Assembly (NCBI GenBank): GCA_022448725.1
Contig: JAKUTR010000006.1
Coordinates: forward strand, 14,195-78,194
Length of the DNA: 64,000 nt
From: SAR202 cluster bacterium
GTDB taxonomy: Bacteria; Chloroflexota; Dehalococcoidia; Lucifugimonadales; VXLM01
Direction: 5' to 3'
A program made the position numbers and the translations under genes. Each line of letters starts with the position of its first letter. Position 1 is the stretch's first letter. The notes under the pieces were generated by a model. It had not been told where the DNA came from. It saw only the letters and a program-made list of their open reading frames with translations, and ran no database searches. Shown in pieces: positions 20,222 through 27,962 of the stretch.

Positions 20222-21043
20222 ATGATAACTATTGAGGACGTCACCACAGGTGCTCATTACGCGGGACTTGTAGATCTTCCAATTGTCGTCCACTCATCAT
20301 TGAGATCGTTCGGTTGTGTTGAAGGTGGTGCTGATACGGTCATTGATGGATTGCTTGAGTTGGGCTGCACGGTTGTGGTACCGACCTTCACATACGATTT
20401 TCGACTCCAGCCACCATGTGGTCAGCGACTGGCTAGGAACGGGTGGAGATATGATGATACGTTGCTAGGTATGCGGTCCGATGTGTTTAGTCCTGCGCGA
20501 AACTATATTTCGCCAGAGATGGGAGTTATTCCTTCTGCTTTGCTTCGCAGGCCTAACAGAACTCGAAGTTCTCATCCGGCCAACTCGATGGCTGCTCTGG
20601 GGCCTCTTGCTAACGAGATAATTGATACTCAGACATACTTAGATGTGTACGGTCCTTTTCAAAAAGTAGCTGAATTAGGCGGTAAGTTTGTACTAATGGG
20701 AGTAGGTTTAACTTCTCTCACAGCTATTCATCTGGCTGAGAAACTTTCCGGTAGAGAACTGTTCCGCAGATGGGCTAAGGGGACAACAGGTGAGTTGATC
20801 GAGATTGCTGTCGGTAGTTGTTCCGGGGGATTTGATAGCCTGAACGATTCAATTGAGCCCATTGAGAGTACTGTGATTGTCGGCGACAGTTGTTGGAGAG
20901 TGCTTCCCGCTGAGCTAGCACTCTGCCGTTTTACAGATGCAATTTCAAGAGAGCCCGCGATCACCCATTGCAAGAGCCCTAAATGCCAAAGATGTCCAGA
21001 TGCTATTGCTGGAGGTCCGATCTTGGCTGAAGCTAGGGGTTGA
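20222..21043 (+). CDS. AAC(3)-family (aminoglycoside N3-acetyltransferase-like) protein
   Basis: 273 aa. Family hallmarks VVHSSLRSFGCVEGGADTVIDGLLE...VVVPTFT, RSSHPANSMAALGP, VLMGVGLTSLTAIHLAE. Cys-rich C-terminus (HCKSPKCQRCP). Confidence 0.75.
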   Translation: MITIEDVTTGAHYAGLVDLPIVVHSSLRSFGCVEGGADTVIDGLLELGCTVVVPTFTYDFRLQPPCGQRLARNGWRYDDTLLGMRSDVFSPARNYISPEMGVIPSALLRRPNRTRSSHPANSMAALGPLANEIIDTQTYLDVYGPFQKVAELGGKFVLMGVGLTSLTAIHLAEKLSGRELFRRWAKGTTGELIEIAVGSCSGGFDSLNDSIEPIESTVIVGDSCWRVLPAELALCRFTDAISREPAITHCKSPKCQRCPDAIAGGPILAEARG

Positions 21044-22076
21044 TCTGTACTTTTATTGATCCACTGGTTTTGTCGAAAGCTGTCTCGAATGCTTGCTTAG
21101 CTTCAACTAGAGGATAATTGTGGGTTACCATTTGCTTTAGATCAATGCGACCACTAGATAGTAGATCTATCGCAGATTCAAAATCATGGCGTCCGGTTGC
21201 GATTGAGTAGCATGTCGAAGTGATGATTGACTGTTCTTTCATTAGGACATCAAACCAGTTAGTGGTGACTGGTTCGTGGAATACACCGAGGAGTACGATC
21301 CGGCCAGCGATCCGAGTTAACTCTATGGACTGATCCAGTGTCTCACCGGAAAATCCACCTACAGTCTCAAATGTAATGTCTGATCCCAGACCATGGGTCA
21401 GGTCTGCGAGGTTGTCTACAAGTTCAGGATCATCCGGATGCAAAGCGATATCTGCGCCGAGTCTTCTTGCCATTTGCGATTGGTGCGGGTGACGCGCTGT
21501 GGCAATGATGGTACCTGCTCCCATAGCTCGAGCAGCAGCGATAGTTGTAAGCCCAATGTTGCCCGCACCAAGTACGACAACCGTTTCACCCCCTTTTAAA
21601 CTGCTACGCCGCATTGCATGAATTGACACTGCTAAAGGCTCGACTAGTGCACCATCTTTCCATGTCAACGAAGTATCTAACGGATAGCATGCCACGGCTT
21701 TACGGACGACATATTCAGCAAATCCGCCACCAGGGTAATCATCTGATTTATCAATACAGTTACGGTACTCTCCGATGCGACAGTAATAACAAACAAGGCA
21801 GGCTCGCCCATGGCCAACTACCTCAGCAGCGACCCTTTTGCCGACCAGGCTACTATCGACATTAGCACCTATCTCCACCACTTCCCCTGCTGTTTCATGT
21901 CCAGCTGGTAAAGTCTCAGGTTCTGTAAGCTTCCGAAGCAAGTTTAGGTCAGAGCCGCAGATGCCCTCCGATCTGACCTGGATGAGTGCGTCGTCTGGTC
22001 CGACTGAAGGCTGTTGGATTTCCCTGACCTCCATTGAACTAATGCCGTCATAGAGGGCTGCTAGCATGGATGGCAT
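21033..22076 (-). CDS. Zinc-dependent medium-chain alcohol/polyol dehydrogenase (MDR family)
   Basis: GICGSDL catalytic Zn motif, GHETAGEVVEIG, structural-Zn Cys cluster CLVCYYCRIGEYRNC, Rossmann VVVLGAGNIGL. 25 nt downstream of the membrane-protein gene on the same strand. Confidence 0.85.
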   Translation of the reverse strand: MPSMLAALYDGISSMEVREIQQPSVGPDDALIQVRSEGICGSDLNLLRKLTEPETLPAGHETAGEVVEIGANVDSSLVGKRVAAEVVGHGRACLVCYYCRIGEYRNCIDKSDDYPGGGFAEYVVRKAVACYPLDTSLTWKDGALVEPLAVSIHAMRRSSLKGGETVVVLGAGNIGLTTIAAARAMGAGTIIATARHPHQSQMARRLGADIALHPDDPELVDNLADLTHGLGSDITFETVGGFSGETLDQSIELTRIAGRIVLLGVFHEPVTTNWFDVLMKEQSIITSTCYSIATGRHDFESAIDLLSSGRIDLKQMVTHNYPLVEAKQAFETAFDKTSGSIKVQINP

Positions 22077-22101
22077 TGACCGAACTCCTATCTTCCTATG
22101 G

Positions 22102-23637
22102 CTATATGATTGGCTGAGCTATTATCCAGAGACTGGTAGCTGTGTAGATTAGCATGAGGATCAGCATTGGGTACTGGGTTTTGATGGCGAGATTCGGGTT
22201 ACGCATACGACGCAAGGCAACCACATGTGCAATGTAAACAGACACTACATGACCGGTTACGATGGATAGGATCGAAACCCACCAAACGAACGTTGCAGAA
22301 ATAATGGTCAAATTGAGCCGGTAATCCGATGTGCCAAAGATATCCCAGCCAAATCCAAACGGATCTGATGCAAGCGGAATGAGCCCTTGGCCTTGGATAG
22401 CAAGTAGAGATACAAAGTGCGCTAGGTTATAAGCAAGCGCGATTGGGATTAATGAAAAGACAAAGGCCTTAGCGATATCGAAGGGAATATCCCCACGACC
22501 TTCTAGTTTTCCGATGAACCAAGAAAAGATTAAATAAACAGTCCAGAATATTATCTGTACGGCTAGTAGGCCCAAAGAGTCAACTACGTCAAATGGATCC
22601 CAAGGTAGAAACTTTACGATTGTAATAATGCTTGTCTGGATGTCCATCCAAGGAGCAGTCTCCGAAACCCCATCAAAGGTTACGGTACCTAGCATTAGGA
22701 CTACGAATATTGCCATTGAGGCTGTGACATTATGCTTATTGGTCAGCCCAATGGCGTATGGGCGGAGATTAAACTCTTGTGCTGAAGGTTCCGACCGCTC
22801 GAAGCATTCATAGCAGTCCACACAGTCCTCGGATTGAATCCCGCAATTACAGCACTCTCGGCAGACTCTCTGCCCTGTTACACGAATTTCTGAAGGGGAG
22901 AACCGTGCGAAGAGGCTAAATAGAATGGAGAAGGCTTCCCCATGTCTAAGCCAGGTATGTTTACCGAACGTGATCATGCCCGCCCATGTAATAGTCGAAT
23001 AGACCATTATCAGGATGCCCAGTCTTGAAGGGAGCGCTGCATCGTTATACACATTCTCCATCCAAGCAAAGATAAACAGTAGAATTAGCCCAGGCCATAC
23101 GCCAAGGCGATCAGGGTAGCTATACAAGCCGTTGTTTCCTTGGGCAGTGCCCATTGATGTCAGCTTCTCAACCCATTCGAAAATGATTTTCCATGGATTT
23201 AGCAGGTTCCATAGATTTCCAAATAGTGCGGATATATATCCCATCCCAACCCACCAAATGATCCATACAAAGACGACAGAAAAATTTTCAACGGGCCGGT
23301 TGACCCCTAAGAAAGCTGTGGCGAGGGTAAGGCCAAAGACCGCGATTGCTAGGATGCGGATAGCGATCAGTAAGGTGGGGTGGCGAAGTACTGAACCGAG
23401 AATAGGGATGGCGAATAAATTGAGCCTTGAGTAACGTAAATCGTGACTTGTATCTCGGACGAAGAATCCCAAAATGATAAAGGAAAGTAGTACAGTCGCA
23501 GCGGCCGCTAGGATAAAGTAATTCAGGGGTATTGGAAGATCGTACCGTTGCCCGAAGCCGTGTGCTGATACCGGGACTGCAATGCATGCAGTTGCCAATG
23601 CAACAGAGATAGCAGTAATTTTTCCCTTGAGGGTCAT
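22102..23637 (-). CDS. Polytopic membrane protein of unknown family with signal peptide, N-terminal His and a 7-Cys loop
   Basis: 511 aa, about 12 hydrophobic segments. Predicted signal peptide ending VSA followed by HGFGQRYDLPIPL. Loop VCRECCNCGIQSEDCVDCYEC. The start overlaps the stop of the CopCD gene by 4 nt (ATGA). Confidence 0.7.
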   Translation of the reverse strand: MTLKGKITAISVALATACIAVPVSAHGFGQRYDLPIPLNYFILAAAATVLLSFIILGFFVRDTSHDLRYSRLNLFAIPILGSVLRHPTLLIAIRILAIAVFGLTLATAFLGVNRPVENFSVVFVWIIWWVGMGYISALFGNLWNLLNPWKIIFEWVEKLTSMGTAQGNNGLYSYPDRLGVWPGLILLFIFAWMENVYNDAALPSRLGILIMVYSTITWAGMITFGKHTWLRHGEAFSILFSLFARFSPSEIRVTGQRVCRECCNCGIQSEDCVDCYECFERSEPSAQEFNLRPYAIGLTNKHNVTASMAIFVVLMLGTVTFDGVSETAPWMDIQTSIITIVKFLPWDPFDVVDSLGLLAVQIIFWTVYLIFSWFIGKLEGRGDIPFDIAKAFVFSLIPIALAYNLAHFVSLLAIQGQGLIPLASDPFGFGWDIFGTSDYRLNLTIISATFVWWVSILSIVTGHVVSVYIAHVVALRRMRNPNLAIKTQYPMLILMLIYTATSLWIIAQPII

Positions 23638-25892
23638 TCCAGCGTCCGTATGTAGTTGATAACGTGCCAGATTTGGTCGTCCGTTAAGCTATTCCCGAGA
23701 CCAGCCATAGAAGTGCCTTTAATACCGTCATGGATGAAGCTAAACAAGATCATATCTGGATGCAGCGGTACGTGTACTACAAGATCTGCCGGAGAAGGGT
23801 TTAGCGCTTCGGAGGATGGTCCATCACCTTTGCCTGAGATACCGTGGCAAGTTTGACATTTCTCAGTATAAACGGTAGAGCCAATCGTTAGGGATGCCTG
23901 ATCAGGCGGGAAAGGATTGCGTTCAGTTTTAGAAGGTTCGGCCAACTGCGCGTTGACGATTATAACGGAGCCGATAACAGCCACCGCGACCCCAGGAGTC
24001 ATAAAGCTAAGTCCTCGGTAGGAGTACCAGCCCCCGAGAGGTATACCGAACGCAAGCAACAATACGCCAATTGCTCCTAACTCCACACCCAGTAGTAGAA
24101 TGCCAGTTCCGGGGTCCGGGGTAAGAATAGAGCTTTTCGAGGACCCAATTCCCGGAATGCTAAAGCGAAATGCGGTCCGCGCATCAAAAGCATCTGGTCG
24201 CCGGACGGCTAATTCTATTTGGTAAGCTCCCTCGATGTTGAATTTACCGTCCTCGACGATGTAGGAGCCTTTACCAACGTGTTCAGCTTTCAAGTATGGT
24301 TCTCCGAAATCCGCGTCGAGGTAAGATATTCGGATGTCGACTCCAGTAGCATTTGTGACGGCATTGCCCTGACGGTCTCTTAGAGAGGCTGCGATGCGGT
24401 TTGAACCGATAGTTCCAGGGACTATTTCTAGGCTGATCTCAGTTCCTTCAACAGTGTCTTTAAATTCGAGAGTTTTACTAGTGCTAATTGCCTCGCGCGC
24501 AGCAACTTGCCGGGCTGGTTCTAGGCTTGTGAGGTAGCCAACTGTCAGCATTACAAACACCCCGATTAGGGCCTCCACAACGACAATCCGAGTTAGCCAC
24601 TTTGTGGCTCCGGGATGTTTCCGAACAGCTGGAGTAATCCATATTAAATTAATAGCGCCCAGGGAGATTAATAATCCGGTGAGGGTAGATTTGCCCAATA
24701 GTGTGAGGCCATACGGTGTACCTAAAGCAGGGATTATTGCTACCTGGGCCCATGCGCTAAATAAGCCCGTGATCACAAGTAGTCCAACACTCACGCCGGC
24801 AATTACCGAAAAACGCGGCAAGATGGCAGTTAGGAGTGCTTGACGTGGTGCAGGGTCCATAGTGAAGTAGCTAACTGAAGCTGTAAGTGCCAGTGAGAAT
24901 AGACCGCCAATCCAAAAAGAGGCTGCCAGTACATGAATGAAATCAGTGATCGTTGCAGGCAACCAAATACTCGATATTGCAGCAGCATGACTAGTCTTGC
25001 TTATCGTTAGTAAGGCGAGTCCTGCAGCAATAGCGCCAACAACCGGTAGGTATTTGTTTCTGGTTTTTCCTCTCCGGTGCTTGATAGCGTTAGTAGTCAC
25101 AATCGTGCCTAATGCCAATAGCAGCCAGAGGCGTTGGCTCCATGCTATACCCCAGTCTGTATTACCTAAAACAAATGAGATTGGCTCTCCAATTGCTTTG
25201 AAGAAGGAAACTTCGTATGCAGCTGATGCTTGTACTATCAGTGCCAGAATTGATCCTGCTAGTGCTATACACGTTCCCCCGATCAGTAGCCAATCAATAC
25301 AAGTGTCGAATTGATTAACCGTGTCTCGAGGTGTGCTAGGACGTAGTACAGTCATGACAAATAGCAGGCTTCCCAACACCGCCAGCAGGCCCGTTAAACC
25401 CATCCAGCGAGCAAATGGTTCGATGGGCGATTGAATTAGTGATGTCTGCGGGAGGTCAATAGGCTCACTTTTGGAAACTGAATCACCCACAAAGAATACA
25501 AAACTTCCTCGAATGGTATGTCCGTCGATTGTCGAGAGAGTTTTCCAACCAACGGTATAGGTGCCTTCCGGCAGCTGAGGCATGAGTGTAACGGAGATAA
25601 TGGTCGTGTCGTTAGCATCAACTGTACTGTCATCGTTATCGACTCGTTGGCCAGTGGAATTTAGAATCTGGATATAGCTACGCGATGGCTCTAGTTGCTC
25701 CGTAAACCAGATGGTGAGGCGTTCCGGGGGATGGCTAAGAACTGCGTTAGGCACAGGCTCCGAACGGACAAAATTTGAATGGCTAAAGGCAGTATCAGGT
25801 GTTAGCAGCAGCGTCGCCACAAAGGATGCGCCTATCGTGGCGACGTATACTTTCTTGAGAAGATTCATTTTGTCTTTCGGAGGTGGTCCCAA
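23634..25892 (-). CDS. CopC-CopD fusion protein with extra Ig-like (YtkA/FixH-like) domain and C-terminal class I cytochrome c
   Basis: After a signal peptide (..TAFS/HSNF), the CopC domain aligns by eye with PcoC/CopC (HS..SEP...LPEGTYTVGWKTLSTIDGHTIRGSFVFFV). A multi-TM CopD-like core follows, then a soluble beta-rich segment, two more TM segments and CQTCHG ... TSMAG (heme c with Met ligand). Start either TTG at 25892 or ATG at 25868. Confidence 0.85.
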   Translation of the reverse strand: MGPPPKDKMNLLKKVYVATIGASFVATLLLTPDTAFSHSNFVRSEPVPNAVLSHPPERLTIWFTEQLEPSRSYIQILNSTGQRVDNDDSTVDANDTTIISVTLMPQLPEGTYTVGWKTLSTIDGHTIRGSFVFFVGDSVSKSEPIDLPQTSLIQSPIEPFARWMGLTGLLAVLGSLLFVMTVLRPSTPRDTVNQFDTCIDWLLIGGTCIALAGSILALIVQASAAYEVSFFKAIGEPISFVLGNTDWGIAWSQRLWLLLALGTIVTTNAIKHRRGKTRNKYLPVVGAIAAGLALLTISKTSHAAAISSIWLPATITDFIHVLAASFWIGGLFSLALTASVSYFTMDPAPRQALLTAILPRFSVIAGVSVGLLVITGLFSAWAQVAIIPALGTPYGLTLLGKSTLTGLLISLGAINLIWITPAVRKHPGATKWLTRIVVVEALIGVFVMLTVGYLTSLEPARQVAAREAISTSKTLEFKDTVEGTEISLEIVPGTIGSNRIAASLRDRQGNAVTNATGVDIRISYLDADFGEPYLKAEHVGKGSYIVEDGKFNIEGAYQIELAVRRPDAFDARTAFRFSIPGIGSSKSSILTPDPGTGILLLGVELGAIGVLLLAFGIPLGGWYSYRGLSFMTPGVAVAVIGSVIIVNAQLAEPSKTERNPFPPDQASLTIGSTVYTEKCQTCHGISGKGDGPSSEALNPSPADLVVHVPLHPDMILFSFIHDGIKGTSMAGLGNSLTDDQIWHVINYIRTLE

Positions 25893-25912
25893 GGATTCTG
25901 CGAAATTTGAGA

Positions 25913-26974
25913 TTATGATCTTCTAGGAGCTAAGAACCAACTGGCAGCGCCGACAGCTACACCAATTATCCCTAGAATTACGCCAACGATTCCAATAGTT
26001 ATAGCTGTCGTGACACTCGTCGAGGCATCCGATGCTAGGTTTTCAGTGCCTCGGATACCAGCTTCAAGTTCACGTACACTTTTTACAGTATGCGGGAATT
26101 GCAAAACTGAGTGGGCCTGAACGTCATCAAAATCACCGCCTCCTCCCTTGGACATAAACGTCTCACTGATTTTGTGGCTTTCAATGGTTCCAAACAACCG
26201 GAGTTTGTACACACCTTGTGCCGTTGGGATCAATGCAGCACTGTAGTGACCCGGCTCTTGATGTACGGGGACGAGGTCCATGGTTCTTGAGATGTTTGTT
26301 TCGACATGAGTAATCTCGACCCTCAAAGTTGTCTCTAACCCCTCTACGGCTATTGTCGTAGAATCAGAATGTTCTTCGGGAGCCTTTCCCGATGTTATAG
26401 AAGATACCTTCTCGGTCTTATTGAGCCACATGATCTTGGTGCCAGGCTTAACATGCACTTCGCCATTGCGGTACCTATCCGGGTATATCTCGATCATAAC
26501 CATTTCGGAAAGGCCAGCGTTCTCTGAGACCTTAATTGAACCTACCATTTTGTGATCCAAATGGTTGTGGAACGGGATGGTCAGGCCTAGATAGTTATCT
26601 GAAGCGATAAATTCGAAGGTGCCCCCAGCGGGCAACGCAGAGTTAAATAAAGCCCCATGTGCTTCTACGCTATCCGATGTGGCCGCGTGGCCGTGTTCTT
26701 CGTGGGTTGAGTCATGTTGCTCTTGATGTCCGTGGTGCTCAGCATCATCCTTTTTTGTTACGCGTACAGAGATGCCATTCGGAATCCCTTCATATGCGGG
26801 CTCTTCCATGAATCCAACGGTTAAATTGTATTTACCAACTTCGCGTCCCTCGTGCGCAGTCGTGTCCTTGGTCAATGCCAATAGTAGTAGTAGGGTGATG
26901 ATGACAGGGGTACATTGTTTTAGCATTTGGGTTTCCTCAAAGTCTTGATATTTATTTTTTTCGTGCAGTCCCAT
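25913..26974 (-). CDS. Exported, C-terminally anchored His-rich multidomain protein (cupredoxin-like / Ig-like repeats)
   Basis: The likely true start is the ATG at 26926 (GAGGAA 6 nt upstream), giving signal peptide MLKQCTPVIITLLLLLALTKDTTA followed by HEGREVG. His-rich linker DDAEHHGHQEQHDSTHEEHGHAA. Segment FHNHLDHKMVGSIKV resembles a cupredoxin C-terminal loop lacking Cys. C-terminal TM anchor. Confidence 0.7.
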   Translation of the reverse strand: MGLHEKNKYQDFEETQMLKQCTPVIITLLLLLALTKDTTAHEGREVGKYNLTVGFMEEPAYEGIPNGISVRVTKKDDAEHHGHQEQHDSTHEEHGHAATSDSVEAHGALFNSALPAGGTFEFIASDNYLGLTIPFHNHLDHKMVGSIKVSENAGLSEMVMIEIYPDRYRNGEVHVKPGTKIMWLNKTEKVSSITSGKAPEEHSDSTTIAVEGLETTLRVEITHVETNISRTMDLVPVHQEPGHYSAALIPTAQGVYKLRLFGTIESHKISETFMSKGGGGDFDDVQAHSVLQFPHTVKSVRELEAGIRGTENLASDASTSVTTAITIGIVGVILGIIGVAVGAASWFLAPRRS

Positions 26975-27491
26975 GGCGACCTAAGGATGCACGGATGGCG
27001 AGTCCTAAAACCACCAGAAAAGCTGTTAAAGTCATCAGTGTAACGATTCCGGCGATTGGGCTAGCATTCTTGACAGTAACTTCGAAATCTGCCGAATACT
27101 GTTTTTCGATGCTTTGAACTGTGGTTGTAAAGGTCCAGATTCCCTCCTGGTCAACAACCGTGTTCACATCGTAGAATGTTGGGTCTTGAAGGTTTGTTGT
27201 CGCATGTATCGGGCCGATTTTCTCAGATCCCGATTCTGGTGGCGGCATACCACTCACAGTGACCGTTGCTCCAGTAATCAAGGTGTCGCTTGCGATTTCA
27301 GTTAAGCTAATCGTGATGTGTAGGTTACCCACTGAAGGGGTTCCGGGTATTGTTCCGAACGCAATTTCATAAGGACCAATGACCTTTGATTCAAAGGACA
27401 CAACCCGGCCATTGCCTAGCACCGTGCTAGGTCCGAACGCAATAACGGTTATAACAAATACGGTAACAAGCCGGAACAAGATACCTGTCAT
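26952..27491 (-). CDS. Exported beta-rich protein with C-terminal TM anchor (YtkA/FixH-like by appearance)
   Basis: 179 aa. N-terminal signal/anchor, soluble beta-strand-like middle (LHITISLTE...TVTVSG...WTFTTTV), C-terminal hydrophobic segment plus basic tail (GRHGTARKK). Confidence 0.6.
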   Translation of the reverse strand: MTGILFRLVTVFVITVIAFGPSTVLGNGRVVSFESKVIGPYEIAFGTIPGTPSVGNLHITISLTEIASDTLITGATVTVSGMPPPESGSEKIGPIHATTNLQDPTFYDVNTVVDQEGIWTFTTTVQSIEKQYSADFEVTVKNASPIAGIVTLMTLTAFLVVLGLAIRASLGRHGTARKK

Positions 27492-27545
27492 CTAAATATC
27501 ACCACTCTCACCTGAATCACTGTGGTAAGGCCGATTAAACGGAGA

Positions 27546-27926
27546 TTAAGCAGTGTTTTGGGGTGGTTGTGTTGGCCTGGGAAGGAATACTTCGTAAATC
27601 CTAGGGTTTATTGGAGAAGGCATAATAAACCCGACCGAGGGTTCGAAGTGAACCAAGTGCCTCGGATCATCCTTGTCTAAGGTGATTAACAAGCTACCTG
27701 CCGCAAGGCCATCGTAGGAGTAAATGGAGTCATTTGTAGGGGGAAGCGCTTCTGGTAGATGACTGTGTGGGCTGTTGTGATAATGCGAGTGCGGAGAGTT
27801 GGTAACTATATGGGTGTGATGAGGATGTCTTTCAGCGAAATGATGGTCTACTAATGGACCCACTGTAGGGAATAGTAGGGCACCGTATAGTGCCCAGGAG
27901 ATTGCTTGAAACAGGCGGTACCTCAT
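27546..27926 (-). CDS. Small membrane-anchored His-rich protein
   Basis: 126 aa. N-terminal hydrophobic segment, then DHHFAERHPHHTHIVTNSPHSHYHNSPHSH (13 His in 30 residues, tandem NSPHSH). Lies 36 nt downstream of the 596-aa gene. Confidence 0.6.
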   Translation of the reverse strand: MRYRLFQAISWALYGALLFPTVGPLVDHHFAERHPHHTHIVTNSPHSHYHNSPHSHLPEALPPTNDSIYSYDGLAAGSLLITLDKDDPRHLVHFEPSVGFIMPSPINPRIYEVFLPRPTQPPQNTA

Positions 27927-27962
27927 TCAGGTATGTTACCTTTCTCAAGCCTTCTGCATCGA

